DNA from: Sphingobacteriales bacterium
Lineage (GTDB): Bacteria > Bacteroidota > Bacteroidia > Chitinophagales > Chitinophagaceae
DNA length: 64,000 bases
Reading direction: 5' to 3'
Assembly (NCBI GenBank): GCA_027491165.1
Contig: JAIXWS010000089.1
Location: 1,071 to 65,070, forward strand
A model generated the notes under the pieces. It searched no databases and was not told the origin of the DNA. It saw only the letters and a program-made list of their open reading frames with translations. Made by a program: the position numbers and the translations under genes. The stretch's first letter is position 1; the number at the start of each line of letters is the position of its first letter. Shown here piece by piece: positions 49,054 to 57,914 of the stretch.

Positions 49054-49785
49054 TTAGGCCTTATTTTGTGCCATTAAATCCCTAATGACTACGGATGCTA
49101 ATGTAGCGCCAAACATGGCTGGCAAGTAAGACATAGTACCATAGGCCGATTTCTTAAAATTGCTGCCATCAGTGCGCATGATAGAATTCTTATCTGGGAG
49201 TTCTGTAGAAAAAACCACTTTTAGTCCTTTTCGAATTCCTCCATTACGCAATTGTTTCCTTATTTGTTGTGCAAAGGGACAGTTGTAGGTCTTCGATATG
49301 TCTGTTACCTTTATTTGAGTGGGATCTAGCTTGCCCCCTGCACCCATTGAGCTCACTATTCTTAAACCTTTTTCATGGGCCGTTTTCAAGCAGGTAAGCT
49401 TGGGTGTAAGGCTGTCTATTGCGTCTATTATATAATGGGCGTCGGTGTCTAAAAGTTGGGCAATTGCTTCAGGTCGTATAAATTCATCGATTACCTGTAA
49501 TGATAGTTCGGGGTTTATAGACAATAATCTTTCGGCCATGATGTTGACTTTGCGCTGACCGTGGTTGGTTGCCAATGCCGGTAATTGTCGGTTGCGATTA
49601 CTGGGGTCAATCGTGTCGCCATCTACAATGGTCATTTTCCCAATACCACCGCGGGCAATAAATTCTGCAGCAAAAGATCCCACACCACCCATGCCCAATA
49701 TTAAAACATGTGCATTGCTTAATTTGTTTAAGTTTTCTCGCCCTATCAGCAACTCAGTGCGAGATAGCCAACTAAAATCTATCAT
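49054..49785 (-). CDS. tcdA: tRNA threonylcarbamoyladenosine dehydratase (ThiF/E1-like)
   Basis: ILGMGGVGSFAAEFIARGGIGKMTIVDGDTIDPSNRNRQ Rossmann/E1 motif. 243 aa. Confidence 0.85.
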   Translation of the reverse strand: MIDFSWLSRTELLIGRENLNKLSNAHVLILGMGGVGSFAAEFIARGGIGKMTIVDGDTIDPSNRNRQLPALATNHGQRKVNIMAERLLSINPELSLQVIDEFIRPEAIAQLLDTDAHYIIDAIDSLTPKLTCLKTAHEKGLRIVSSMGAGGKLDPTQIKVTDISKTYNCPFAQQIRKQLRNGGIRKGLKVVFSTELPDKNSIMRTDGSNFKKSAYGTMSYLPAMFGATLASVVIRDLMAQNKA

Positions 49786-49879
49786 GTTGCGAAGATATTA
49801 GGCTTCTGTATTTTTTTAAACAAAAATGCCAATTCTTTTAAGGGAATTGGCATGAGTAGTTGTAGTGTAAGTGCACTAA

Positions 49880-50959
49880 TTATTTATAAACATTCACCAC
49901 GCAGGTGAAGTTCTGGATTTTTTCTATTTGTTGGTTTCGACTCATTTTACCCAATTTGTTTGTTTTGGGTAAACTAATTTCATTTGATTGGGGGATATTG
50001 CGCAGCATTTTCAATAGGGTATTAGAACTTATGGCATAGGTAATACCCGCGCTTTTACTTTCTTTGCCTGCCACAATACCAATAATGTTCCCGTTTGAAT
50101 TGATTACTGGAGCGCCGCTTTGGCCAGGCTCTGCAGGCAGTTCTAGGCGGTACTGCATAGAGTCTCCTTGATAGCCATTTCTACTGCTAATATAACCTTC
50201 GCTATAGACAATCTCATCTTGGGGATAGCCCATTGTAAAAACGCGCTCTCCTAATGCCGATTTAGCATTAGCGAAGGAGTAAGGGAGATTTTCTTCTTTG
50301 CTAAATTTGAATTTTTCGGATTCTATTTTTAAAATGGCAATATCGGCACTGGCATCAAAGCTTACGGTAAATGCTTTGTAATAATTGCCATCTCTTGTTT
50401 GGATATACAGTGAATCTGCTCCTTCGGTAACATGGTAGTTGGTAACGATGTAGCCATCATTGCTGAGGGCAAAACCTGTTCCGCTATATTTATTGTCAAT
50501 TGCAGGCTTGTTTGCTTTGCTGTTGAGATCTTTAATAATACGCGATTGCGATTTCTTAATGCCTTCAATTTCGGTGCGTACTCTGCGTAATTCGCTATAT
50601 TTTGATGCGTTTTCTTGAGATTTGTTATTCCAAAAATGAATACCTATGGTTGCCAAAAAGGCTGCGCTCGCTGCAATCGCCGCTGTGCGCCAAAATTGTA
50701 TTTGTTGAAAGATGGGGAAGGATTTTTTTTGAGCCTCAGATTTCAAATCGGTATGGATGCTGTTGAGGTTTTGTTTGAATTTTATTTGTGCCCCATTGCT
50801 GTATACAGAGCGCAACAACTGCACTGCCTCATTGAATTCATGTGCAAAAATAGGCTCCACAGATAAGCGTTGTTCCAAGTTGTGCACATCTTGAACGCTC
50901 ATGGCATTGTTCACATAATCTTCAGCTATTTTCCAAATGTTGTTTTCGGTAATCATCAC
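49880..50959 (-). CDS. membrane-anchored trypsin-like (S1C) serine protease with a cytoplasmic anti-sigma-like N-domain
   Basis: N-terminal ~90 aa soluble, then one TM (AAIAASAAFLATIGIHFW). Protease triad context TNYHV / DIAILKI / GQSGAPV. No PDZ domain. Confidence 0.78.
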   Translation of the reverse strand: MMITENNIWKIAEDYVNNAMSVQDVHNLEQRLSVEPIFAHEFNEAVQLLRSVYSNGAQIKFKQNLNSIHTDLKSEAQKKSFPIFQQIQFWRTAAIAASAAFLATIGIHFWNNKSQENASKYSELRRVRTEIEGIKKSQSRIIKDLNSKANKPAIDNKYSGTGFALSNDGYIVTNYHVTEGADSLYIQTRDGNYYKAFTVSFDASADIAILKIESEKFKFSKEENLPYSFANAKSALGERVFTMGYPQDEIVYSEGYISSRNGYQGDSMQYRLELPAEPGQSGAPVINSNGNIIGIVAGKESKSAGITYAISSNTLLKMLRNIPQSNEISLPKTNKLGKMSRNQQIEKIQNFTCVVNVYK

Positions 50960-50978
50960 GGTTTCTCCTGTCTTTATT

Positions 50979-51563
50979 TTATTGGTGTACTTGAGCGGAA
51001 TAAAACAATTTTTTTAAGCGCGCAAGGCATTTGTATTTTTGTGTTTTCGCATTGTCGGGGTTGGTATAGCCAAATTGCCCCGCTATTTCTTGCATACTTT
51101 TTTGTTCGTTGTAAAAGGCTTTTAATAAACTACTGCAAGGCTCTCCTAAAGCAATCATCGCCTTATTTAATTGATCAAAATGTTCTTCTCGCTCTTCTTG
51201 AATTTGAATATCGTCTTGATATACCTTGTTTTCTTGTACATCTTCATCTCCACTGTCGAAAGGCAAAAAATCGGGTCGTCTATTTTGATGTTCCAGTTTT
51301 TTATACCAAATGTATTTGGAGACAGCTACTAAATAAGTGCCTATTTTACAACTCAGCCTAAACTCTTCGTTTTGTGATTTCTGAAAAAGTACAGTCATCG
51401 CATCTTGAAAAACATCTTCCCCATCATCTGCAGTGCCACCACGACCCTGCACCCAAGCTAGTACTTGTTTGTAATTGTCTCGATAAACTTGCTCTGTTAT
51501 TTTGCGATCATTGTTCGCAATACCTTCCAGCAGTTGATGTTCTTTTAGTAAAGAAAGTTGCAC
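50979..51563 (-). CDS. ECF-type RNA polymerase sigma-70 family factor
   Basis: Region 2 (DDGEDVFQDAMTVLF) and a region 4 HTH (SMQEIAGQFGYTNPDNAKTQKYKCLARLK). GTG start. 19 nt upstream of the protease gene. Confidence 0.85.
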   Translation of the reverse strand: MQLSLLKEHQLLEGIANNDRKITEQVYRDNYKQVLAWVQGRGGTADDGEDVFQDAMTVLFQKSQNEEFRLSCKIGTYLVAVSKYIWYKKLEHQNRRPDFLPFDSGDEDVQENKVYQDDIQIQEEREEHFDQLNKAMIALGEPCSSLLKAFYNEQKSMQEIAGQFGYTNPDNAKTQKYKCLARLKKLFYSAQVHQ

Positions 51564-51788
51564 TTGTTAATACAGATTTTGATAAAAAGTAACCCAGCTT
51601 TTGAAAAGTTTTTTCTTAATTGAGGAATAACAAAGGTAAGGCTGAAATCGGTTTTCTATAGTTAATCAAGGATTGAAATTAGACTTAAAACGGCCTTTTT
51701 AGATATTTTTAAAAATATTTGAAATTATTGGGTTACCTTTTTCTCTTTTGGGTATTAATGGGAAATTAAACTTTAAAAAAACACAATT

Positions 51789-52007
51789 ATGAAATTAGTT
51801 AAACTAAGCATCGTTGCCCTTTCTATGGGTCTTTTCTTGACTTCTTGCGGTGGTAACACTGAAGCTACTGCTCCTGCTGCTGATACTGCTGCTGTAGTTG
51901 CTCCAGTTGAAGAAGTTGCTGCTCCTGCAGTTGATACTGCTGCTGCTGCTGCTCCTGCTGCTGATACAGCTGCTGCTGCTGCTGCTCCAGCTCCTGCTGC
52001 TCACTAA
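51789..52007 (+). CDS. small lipoprotein with an Ala/Pro/Thr/Asp-rich repetitive tail
   Basis: Signal peptide plus lipobox LTSCGG. Repeats of APAADTAA. The coding DNA contains (GCT)5 and (GCT)6 runs. Confidence 0.6.
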   Translation: MKLVKLSIVALSMGLFLTSCGGNTEATAPAADTAAVVAPVEEVAAPAVDTAAAAAPAADTAAAAAAPAPAAH

Positions 52008-52053
52008 TATTAATTAGTAAAGCAATAGAAGGCATGCAACAATGCTATCTTAT

Positions 52054-52088
52054 TAAAAAGACTTCGATGTACATCGAAGTCTTTTTTT
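52054..52088. terminator. bidirectional Rho-independent terminator
   Basis: Perfect palindrome gacttcgatgtacatcgaagtc flanked by an A-run and a T8 run, between convergent genes. Confidence 0.75.
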
Positions 52089-52124
52089 TGTTCCAACTTT
52101 TTTTGTGTAAATAATTCCTGGTTT

Positions 52125-52535
52125 TTAACTACCCATTTTTACAATCAATTTAAATTCTTGTGCTGTAACAGCGCATACCGATAATCTGCCTTGGCGGATG
52201 AGTGATAAATTTTCTAATTCTGGCTCCTCTTTCATCTCTTTGAGTGTAACGGGATTCTTCAATTCTTTTATGGGTTTTAAATCCACCACAGACCAATTAG
52301 GGTCTTCTGTGGTCGGGTCTTGGTAGGCGGCCGTTACAACTTCTGCAATGCCTACCACACAGAGGCCTTCGTTGCTATGGTAAAATAAAACATGGTCGCC
52401 TACAGCCATTGCACGTAAGTTGTTACGCGCTTGGTAATTGCGTACACCATCCCAGAATGTTTGTCCTTCCTTTACAAATTGCGCCCAACTATATTTGAAG
52501 GGTTCAGATTTTACAAGCCAATATTGTTTTGCCAT
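52125..52535 (-). CDS. EVE (PUA-like) domain protein
   Basis: MAKQYWLVKSEPFKYSW...WDGVRNYQARNNLR...GDHVLFYHS. The ATG at 52535 is preferred; the ORF extension to 52598 would overlap dnaB. Confidence 0.85.
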   Translation of the reverse strand: MAKQYWLVKSEPFKYSWAQFVKEGQTFWDGVRNYQARNNLRAMAVGDHVLFYHSNEGLCVVGIAEVVTAAYQDPTTEDPNWSVVDLKPIKELKNPVTLKEMKEEPELENLSLIRQGRLSVCAVTAQEFKLIVKMGS

Positions 52536-52578
52536 TTTTTTTGCCGAATTAAGAATTAAACATTTAAAAATCAACGTT

Positions 52579-54228
52579 TTAAAATGGAGCCTCTTCATCC
52601 ATTGGGTCTATACTAAATCCTCCTCCCAAACCTTTGCCTTTATGAGCATTGCTATCAGGATTTTCATCGTCCCAATTTACTTTATTTGCTTTTGAGGGCA
52701 TTGTTTGAAATCCACCTGGGATAAATAGTTTCGAGTCGCCAAACCCACTCGTATCTCGGCGAATGCCTGCTTGTGGATTGTCGCCTAGGGGTTTGAAATT
52801 TCCAAAACTTGTGTCGGGTAAATCAATAAATTTCTGGTACTCTTTGATAAACTGAAGTTTCACGGTAGCCGTGCTGCCACTTCTGTTTTTAGCAATATGG
52901 ATATGGGTTTCCCCTTCTATAGGCTCTCCCATTTCATTGTTTTCAATTCCGTAATATTCTGGACGGTAAAGGAACATAACCATATCGGCATCTTGTTCGA
53001 TAGCACCCGATTCTCGAAGATCACTTAATTGGGGTACTTTCGATTCTTTACGGGATTCTACCGCTCGATTCAATTGGGATAGAGCAATAATCGGAATCGA
53101 TAATTCTTTAGCTAGGGCTTTTAAATCACGCGATATTTTACTGATTTCTTGTTCACGATTACCTGGTCCACTATTGCCACCACCGCCACTCATCAATTGC
53201 AGATAGTCAATCACAATCATCTGTATATCGTGGCGTTGTTTTAGTCGGCGAGCCTTTGCTCTTAATTCAAAAATATTGAGTGCTGCTTGGTCGTCAAGAA
53301 AGATGGGCATATTGCTCAACTTGTGCATGCGTTGCGTCAATTGTACAAATTCGTGCTCTTCCATACGGCCTTTTGTAATAGCATCCATGCTCACTTCTGT
53401 GGTAGCCGAAAGCATCCTTTTAACCAATTCTCCCGCACCCATCTCTAGTGAGAAGAATGCTACTGGGAATGGATGTTCGGAGTTCATAGCGGCATTCATA
53501 GCCAAGTTGAGGGTGAAGGCTGTTTTACCGACAGCTGGTCTGGCCGCTACAATGATCAGGGCATTTTTTTGCCATCCTGCGGTTACTCTATCGAGCTCTA
53601 CAAATCCACTAGGTACACCAGTTACGTCTGAAGTACTGTTTTTAGCAGCCTCAATTTCTTTCACTGTTTCTACAAGTACTTCGGTAAGGCTCTTGAAGTT
53701 TTTGCGTAAATGTTTGTCGGTAATTTCGTACAGGCCTGTTTCGGCTTGGTCTAACAAGTCAAATACGTCAGTACTATCTTCATATGCACTGCTGATTACC
53801 TCGCCAGAAATGCGTATTAATTCTCGTTGAATGAACTTCTCCATCACAATACGCGCATGAGCCTCAACGTGTGCGCTAGATACCACATTCATGGTCAATT
53901 TTGTGAGGAAATAGGCGCCTCCTACCAATTCCAATTCTCCTGTTTTGCGCAGTTCTTCTGTAACTGTAAGCAAATCCACGGGCATCCCTTTATCAAATAG
54001 GCTGCGTACGGATGCATATATTTTTTGGTGTGCGTTTACATAAAAACATTCTGGGCTTTGGATGATTTCTAACACCTCAGCCATTTTGTCTTTTTCCAAC
54101 ATCATAGCCCCCAGTACCGCCTCTTCGAGTTCTGTGGCCTGAGGTGGTATTTTACCATACACCATCGAGCTGATGTCGGTCTTGTTCTTTCTTAAATTGC
54201 TAAAATCTTTTTTTAATCCTACTGCCAT
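52579..54228 (-). CDS. dnaB: replicative DNA helicase DnaB with a ~75-aa C-terminal extension
   Basis: N-terminal PPQATELEEAVLGAMML. Walker A ARPAVGKT. VIDYLQLM. RecA-fold core. The C-terminus ends ...DPMDEEAPF. Confidence 0.95.
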   Translation of the reverse strand: MAVGLKKDFSNLRKNKTDISSMVYGKIPPQATELEEAVLGAMMLEKDKMAEVLEIIQSPECFYVNAHQKIYASVRSLFDKGMPVDLLTVTEELRKTGELELVGGAYFLTKLTMNVVSSAHVEAHARIVMEKFIQRELIRISGEVISSAYEDSTDVFDLLDQAETGLYEITDKHLRKNFKSLTEVLVETVKEIEAAKNSTSDVTGVPSGFVELDRVTAGWQKNALIIVAARPAVGKTAFTLNLAMNAAMNSEHPFPVAFFSLEMGAGELVKRMLSATTEVSMDAITKGRMEEHEFVQLTQRMHKLSNMPIFLDDQAALNIFELRAKARRLKQRHDIQMIVIDYLQLMSGGGGNSGPGNREQEISKISRDLKALAKELSIPIIALSQLNRAVESRKESKVPQLSDLRESGAIEQDADMVMFLYRPEYYGIENNEMGEPIEGETHIHIAKNRSGSTATVKLQFIKEYQKFIDLPDTSFGNFKPLGDNPQAGIRRDTSGFGDSKLFIPGGFQTMPSKANKVNWDDENPDSNAHKGKGLGGGFSIDPMDEEAPF

Positions 54229-54543
54229 TATGGATATTTCTACTTGTGTTTTTTATAAAATTTCCTGTTTTCAATTTTTTACAGCCAGCTTTCATTCTTT
54301 ACTCAGCATCCTTGCGTCGCCTTTCCGAACGGATTCAGCCGGGCGGGCACACTTCTAACTCATTCTTTTCTTCAACTTTGCTTGTTCGAAAGGGGGAGAT
54401 TTTAATGAATCAAAAAAGCTTTTAAATAATGGAAAACATGCACCCTTTTTTCTTGCGGGGATGCTAAATTAGAAACAAAACATCGGCTACCGAAATAAAA
54501 TTGATTTTAATTTCTGCTCTAAAAATTGAGTCTTCTACATATG

Positions 54544-54670
54544 CTATTCACACTATTTCTTAGCTAATCCACATTTATTCGCTGTTCTCCACATTTTATA
54601 AGCGCTAATCACATTCTCTTCCCATGCTTTGTTTTATACTCACCGATTGCCCCCAATTTTCTGTGGAAAT
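54544..54670 (+). promoter_or_regulatory. phased array of DnaA-box-like TCCACA-core motifs (candidate oriC or regulatory element)
   Basis: ctattcaca (54544-52), taatccaca (54565-73), ttctccaca (54585-93) and ctaatcaca (54605-13) are all in the same orientation with ends 21/20/20 bp apart. An inverted tgtggaaat lies at 54662-70. Against TTATCCACA the mismatches are 2, 1, 1, 3 and 2. Confidence 0.35.
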
Positions 54671-54724
54671 TTTAAATTCAGCTGTCGCTTAAAAATCTCG
54701 TTCTCATTTCCTAATTGCAAGGCT

Positions 54725-54732
54725 TATCTTTG
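54725..54732 (+). promoter_or_regulatory. -7 promoter box (TAtcTTTG) upstream of pheT
   Basis: tatctttg lies 21 nt upstream of the pheT ATG. Confidence 0.4.
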
Positions 54733-54752
54733 ACAAAATTTTACCTTTTTCA

Positions 54753-57161
54753 ATGACGATTTCTTATAATTGGTTACAACAATATTTACCCAAAAAATTA
54801 AGTGTTGATGAGCTTTCTGCTATACTTACTTCAATAGGCTTAGAAGTAGAGGGCGTAGAGCTAATAGAGTCTGTAAAGGGCGGTTTGAAGGGTTTGCTTA
54901 TTGGCGAGGTGCTTACTTGTGAGCAACATCCTAATGCGGATAAGTTAAAGAAGACAACAGTGCATGTTGGTGGCGACAGGGTATTGAATATTGTTTGTGG
55001 TGCAGCCAATGTTGCCGCAGGACAAAAAGTGGTAGTAGCTACCCTGGGTTGTATGGTTCATCCCATTAATGGCGATGCATTTGAAATCAAAAAGGCCAAA
55101 ATCCGTGGTGAAGAAAGTGAAGGTATGATTTGTGCTGAAGATGAAATCGGATTAGGCAATAGCCATGCAGGAATTATGGTTTTGCCAAATGAGGTTGTGG
55201 TGGGCACTTTGGCTGCTGATTATTTTAATGTACCCGCTGCCGATACAGCATTGTATATTGGCTTGACGCCCAATCGAAGCGACGCAATGAGCCATATCGG
55301 TGTTGCACGTGATGTTTGCGCTTACCTTAGCCATCACGAAGGCCAAAAATATGAAGTCATCATTCCATCAAGTCCCATACAGACACATAATGCACAGCAC
55401 ATAAAAGTAAATATTCATGAAAATGCTACAGATGCTTGTTTGCGCTACGCAGGTATCAGTTTAGAAAATGTACAGGTTGGCCCTTCGCCGGATTGGTTAA
55501 AAAGCGCACTGAACACCATTGGATTGCGTTCAATCAATAATGTCGTAGACATCACCAATTATGTACTGCATGAGTACGGGCAGCCTTTACATGCATTCGA
55601 TTCGGATAAAATTTCAGGTCAACAAATTAAGGTGCAGCATCTTTCTGAAGGGACAAAATTTGTGACCCTTGACGAAAAAGAGCGTTCTCTTTTTGCCGAA
55701 GATTTGATGATTTGCGATGCCGAAAAAGGACTTTGTATCGCCGGAGTTTTTGGTGGTAATAATAGTGGGGTTACAGAATTCACAAAAAATATTTTTCTTG
55801 AAAGTGCTTATTTTACAGCATCTTCAGTTCGTCGCACTTCATTACGCCATGCTTTGCGTACGGATGCTGCTACTCATTTTGAGAAATGTGTCGACATAAA
55901 TAATGTTCTTCCTGCTCTGCAGAGGGCCGCATCTTTAATGGTTGAAATTGCCGGCGCAACAATTGCTTCCAGCATCCAAGATATTTATCCAAAACCTCTT
56001 GAAGAGATTAGGGTAAGTGCAACGTATCATTACATCCAAAGCCTCAGTGGTAAACAATATTCGCCCAAGGCCATTAAAGGAATATTAACTGCTTTGGGAT
56101 TTGAATATGTTGCAGATAATGCAGAAGGATTTACAGTAAAAGTACCCAGTAATAAAAATGATATAACCCTAGCGGCTGATCTTGTCGAAGAGATTGTGCG
56201 TATTGATGGATTAGATCAAATTGAAATCCCTAAAAGACTCAACATTTCTTTGTTAAAACCATTGCCCAATGATCGAGCCCAAAGAGATAAAATAGCTACA
56301 TCCCTTTGTGGTATGGGCTTTCAAGAAATTGTAACGAATAGCATCACCAACAGTAAATATTACCCTGAAGCAACGCCGATGGTGCGGATGATCAATTCCC
56401 TAACCAGCGAATTAGATGTCTTGCGGCCATCCATGTTAGAGTCTGGCTTGGAAGTGGTTCATTATAATGTGAATCGCAAAAGTCAAAACCTTGCTCTTTT
56501 TGAATTTGGACATGTTTACAGTACCAGTGGGCCTGGTCAATACCAAGAAACACCTATTGTTGCTTTATGGATTTCGGCACTTGTGCGCGAGGCGAGTTGG
56601 AGCCAGAAGGCAGAACCTGTAAATCTATTTTACGTGCGTTCTGTAATAGAAAATTTACTACAGATTTCAGGAATTGATAAAGTAGCAGCCCAAGTGGACG
56701 ATCAAGATGTATTAGGGTGGAAATGGAAAAATGAATCACTTTGCTGGGTACAAAAAGTGCCACAAGAAAAATTAAAGCGCTTTGAAATCAAACAAGATGT
56801 GTACTATGCCGAAATCAATTGGCAATTGTGGTCTAAAGCGATGACTGCCCATAAGATTAAGTACACCGAAGTGCCCAAATACCCTGCTGTTCAGCGCGAT
56901 CTTGCATTGGTGCTGGATCGTTCAACCCCTTTCGAAGAAGTACAAAAAGTGACAAGACAATTGCAATTATCTTCCCTAAAACGTTTCGAATTGTTCGATA
57001 TTTTTGAAAGCGAAAAATTAGGTGTAGATAAAAAATCGTATGCGCTGAATTATACTTTTCAATTGGCCGATAGAACTTTGACCGATATAGAAATTGAAGA
57101 GCAGATGAAACAACTCATTAACGCTTATACCCAAAAATTACAAGCACAAATAAGATCATAA
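54753..57161 (+). CDS. pheT: phenylalanine--tRNA ligase beta subunit
   Basis: 802 aa. MTISYNWLQQYL N-terminus. tRNA-binding OB domain (HPNADKLKKTTV...IVCGAAN), B3/4, B5 and a C-terminal FDX-ACB-like domain. Confidence 0.95.
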   Translation: MTISYNWLQQYLPKKLSVDELSAILTSIGLEVEGVELIESVKGGLKGLLIGEVLTCEQHPNADKLKKTTVHVGGDRVLNIVCGAANVAAGQKVVVATLGCMVHPINGDAFEIKKAKIRGEESEGMICAEDEIGLGNSHAGIMVLPNEVVVGTLAADYFNVPAADTALYIGLTPNRSDAMSHIGVARDVCAYLSHHEGQKYEVIIPSSPIQTHNAQHIKVNIHENATDACLRYAGISLENVQVGPSPDWLKSALNTIGLRSINNVVDITNYVLHEYGQPLHAFDSDKISGQQIKVQHLSEGTKFVTLDEKERSLFAEDLMICDAEKGLCIAGVFGGNNSGVTEFTKNIFLESAYFTASSVRRTSLRHALRTDAATHFEKCVDINNVLPALQRAASLMVEIAGATIASSIQDIYPKPLEEIRVSATYHYIQSLSGKQYSPKAIKGILTALGFEYVADNAEGFTVKVPSNKNDITLAADLVEEIVRIDGLDQIEIPKRLNISLLKPLPNDRAQRDKIATSLCGMGFQEIVTNSITNSKYYPEATPMVRMINSLTSELDVLRPSMLESGLEVVHYNVNRKSQNLALFEFGHVYSTSGPGQYQETPIVALWISALVREASWSQKAEPVNLFYVRSVIENLLQISGIDKVAAQVDDQDVLGWKWKNESLCWVQKVPQEKLKRFEIKQDVYYAEINWQLWSKAMTAHKIKYTEVPKYPAVQRDLALVLDRSTPFEEVQKVTRQLQLSSLKRFELFDIFESEKLGVDKKSYALNYTFQLADRTLTDIEIEEQMKQLINAYTQKLQAQIRS

Positions 57162-57424
57162 TGAAAGAACTTGAAGTAGTACACCAAAAAGTCGCGGTGT
57201 TGGTAGAAAAGTACCAACAAGCAATAGCAGAAGTTGCTAAATTGAAAGAGCAGTTGGAGCAAAAGAATATGGAATTGGGAGAAGCTCATTTACAAATCAA
57301 CATCATGAAACCTGCGCTGGATGAAGCTCAGGGAGCATCTTCTGAAAAGGTAGTGTTGCAAACACAAATCGATAAAGCCATGAATGATGTTAATAAAATT
57401 TTGGCCTTGTTGGATGCTGAATAA
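57161..57424 (+). CDS. small coiled-coil protein (ZapB-like cell-division candidate)
   Basis: 87 aa with heptad-rich sequence (LVEKYQQAIAEVAKLKEQLEQKNMEL). The start overlaps the pheT stop by 1 nt. Confidence 0.55.
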   Translation: MKELEVVHQKVAVLVEKYQQAIAEVAKLKEQLEQKNMELGEAHLQINIMKPALDEAQGASSEKVVLQTQIDKAMNDVNKILALLDAE

Positions 57425-57914
57425 GCCTAGGCAAAATAAATGCTGGTTCTTTTTGGCTTGTGTTTTTACTGTTTTGTACAGTTCTTGCACCAGCGATAGA
57501 AATCCGTGCCTAGAACCAAATATATCTAAGGTTCAGGTTTCGTGCTATCAGTTTAAAAGTGGTGAGTACTCAGATACAGCTCTACCCAATGCTATTTTTG
57601 CGAGCCTTGATATAGATTCTGCACGTTATTGGTATTGGGGTGTGAAAGCCATGAGTAAATTTGATTTGCCTCTATCACCCAAAAAGGATACAGCACGTTG
57701 GATATTGCAGGCAGATTCTGCCTTTTCGCTGATTGATACGCTCACTTTTGTTTATGAAACAAAGCTGAAATTTATTTCCAATGCCTGTGGATATAGCCAC
57801 GATTATTTGATCAAACAAATAATAAGCACCAATCGAAACATAGATTCTGTAAGGGTTTCTAATCATTCTGTCACCACAAAAGCAGGTATTGAAAATGTCA
57901 AAATTTATTTTTAA
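57414..57914 (+). CDS. hypothetical lipoprotein
   Basis: From the ATG at 57414 the protein reads MLNKPRQNKCWFFLACVFTVLYSSC (lipobox). The ORF is open from 57384. Overlaps the previous stop. Confidence 0.55.
   Translation: MLNKPRQNKCWFFLACVFTVLYSSCTSDRNPCLEPNISKVQVSCYQFKSGEYSDTALPNAIFASLDIDSARYWYWGVKAMSKFDLPLSPKKDTARWILQADSAFSLIDTLTFVYETKLKFISNACGYSHDYLIKQIISTNRNIDSVRVSNHSVTTKAGIENVKIYF

Noticed and set aside
50870-51361. 163-aa plus-strand ORF
   Set aside because: It is antisense to the ECF sigma and protease genes, both of which have clear motifs.
53276-53830. 184-aa plus-strand ORF
   Set aside because: It is antisense to the dnaB RecA-fold core, its composition is Ser/Ala/Thr-rich low-complexity sequence, and it has no independent signals.
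54290-54400. Possible SRP (4.5S) RNA or RNase P RNA in the dnaB-pheT spacer
   Set aside because: Superficial resemblances exist (GGAUUCAGCC versus GGAAGCAGCC; CGGAAAGG versus GAGGAAAGUCC). However, the conserved GNRA tetraloop/AGCA loop and the P4 sequence are absent, and the required helices do not form. I kept it only as an unclassified structured-RNA candidate.
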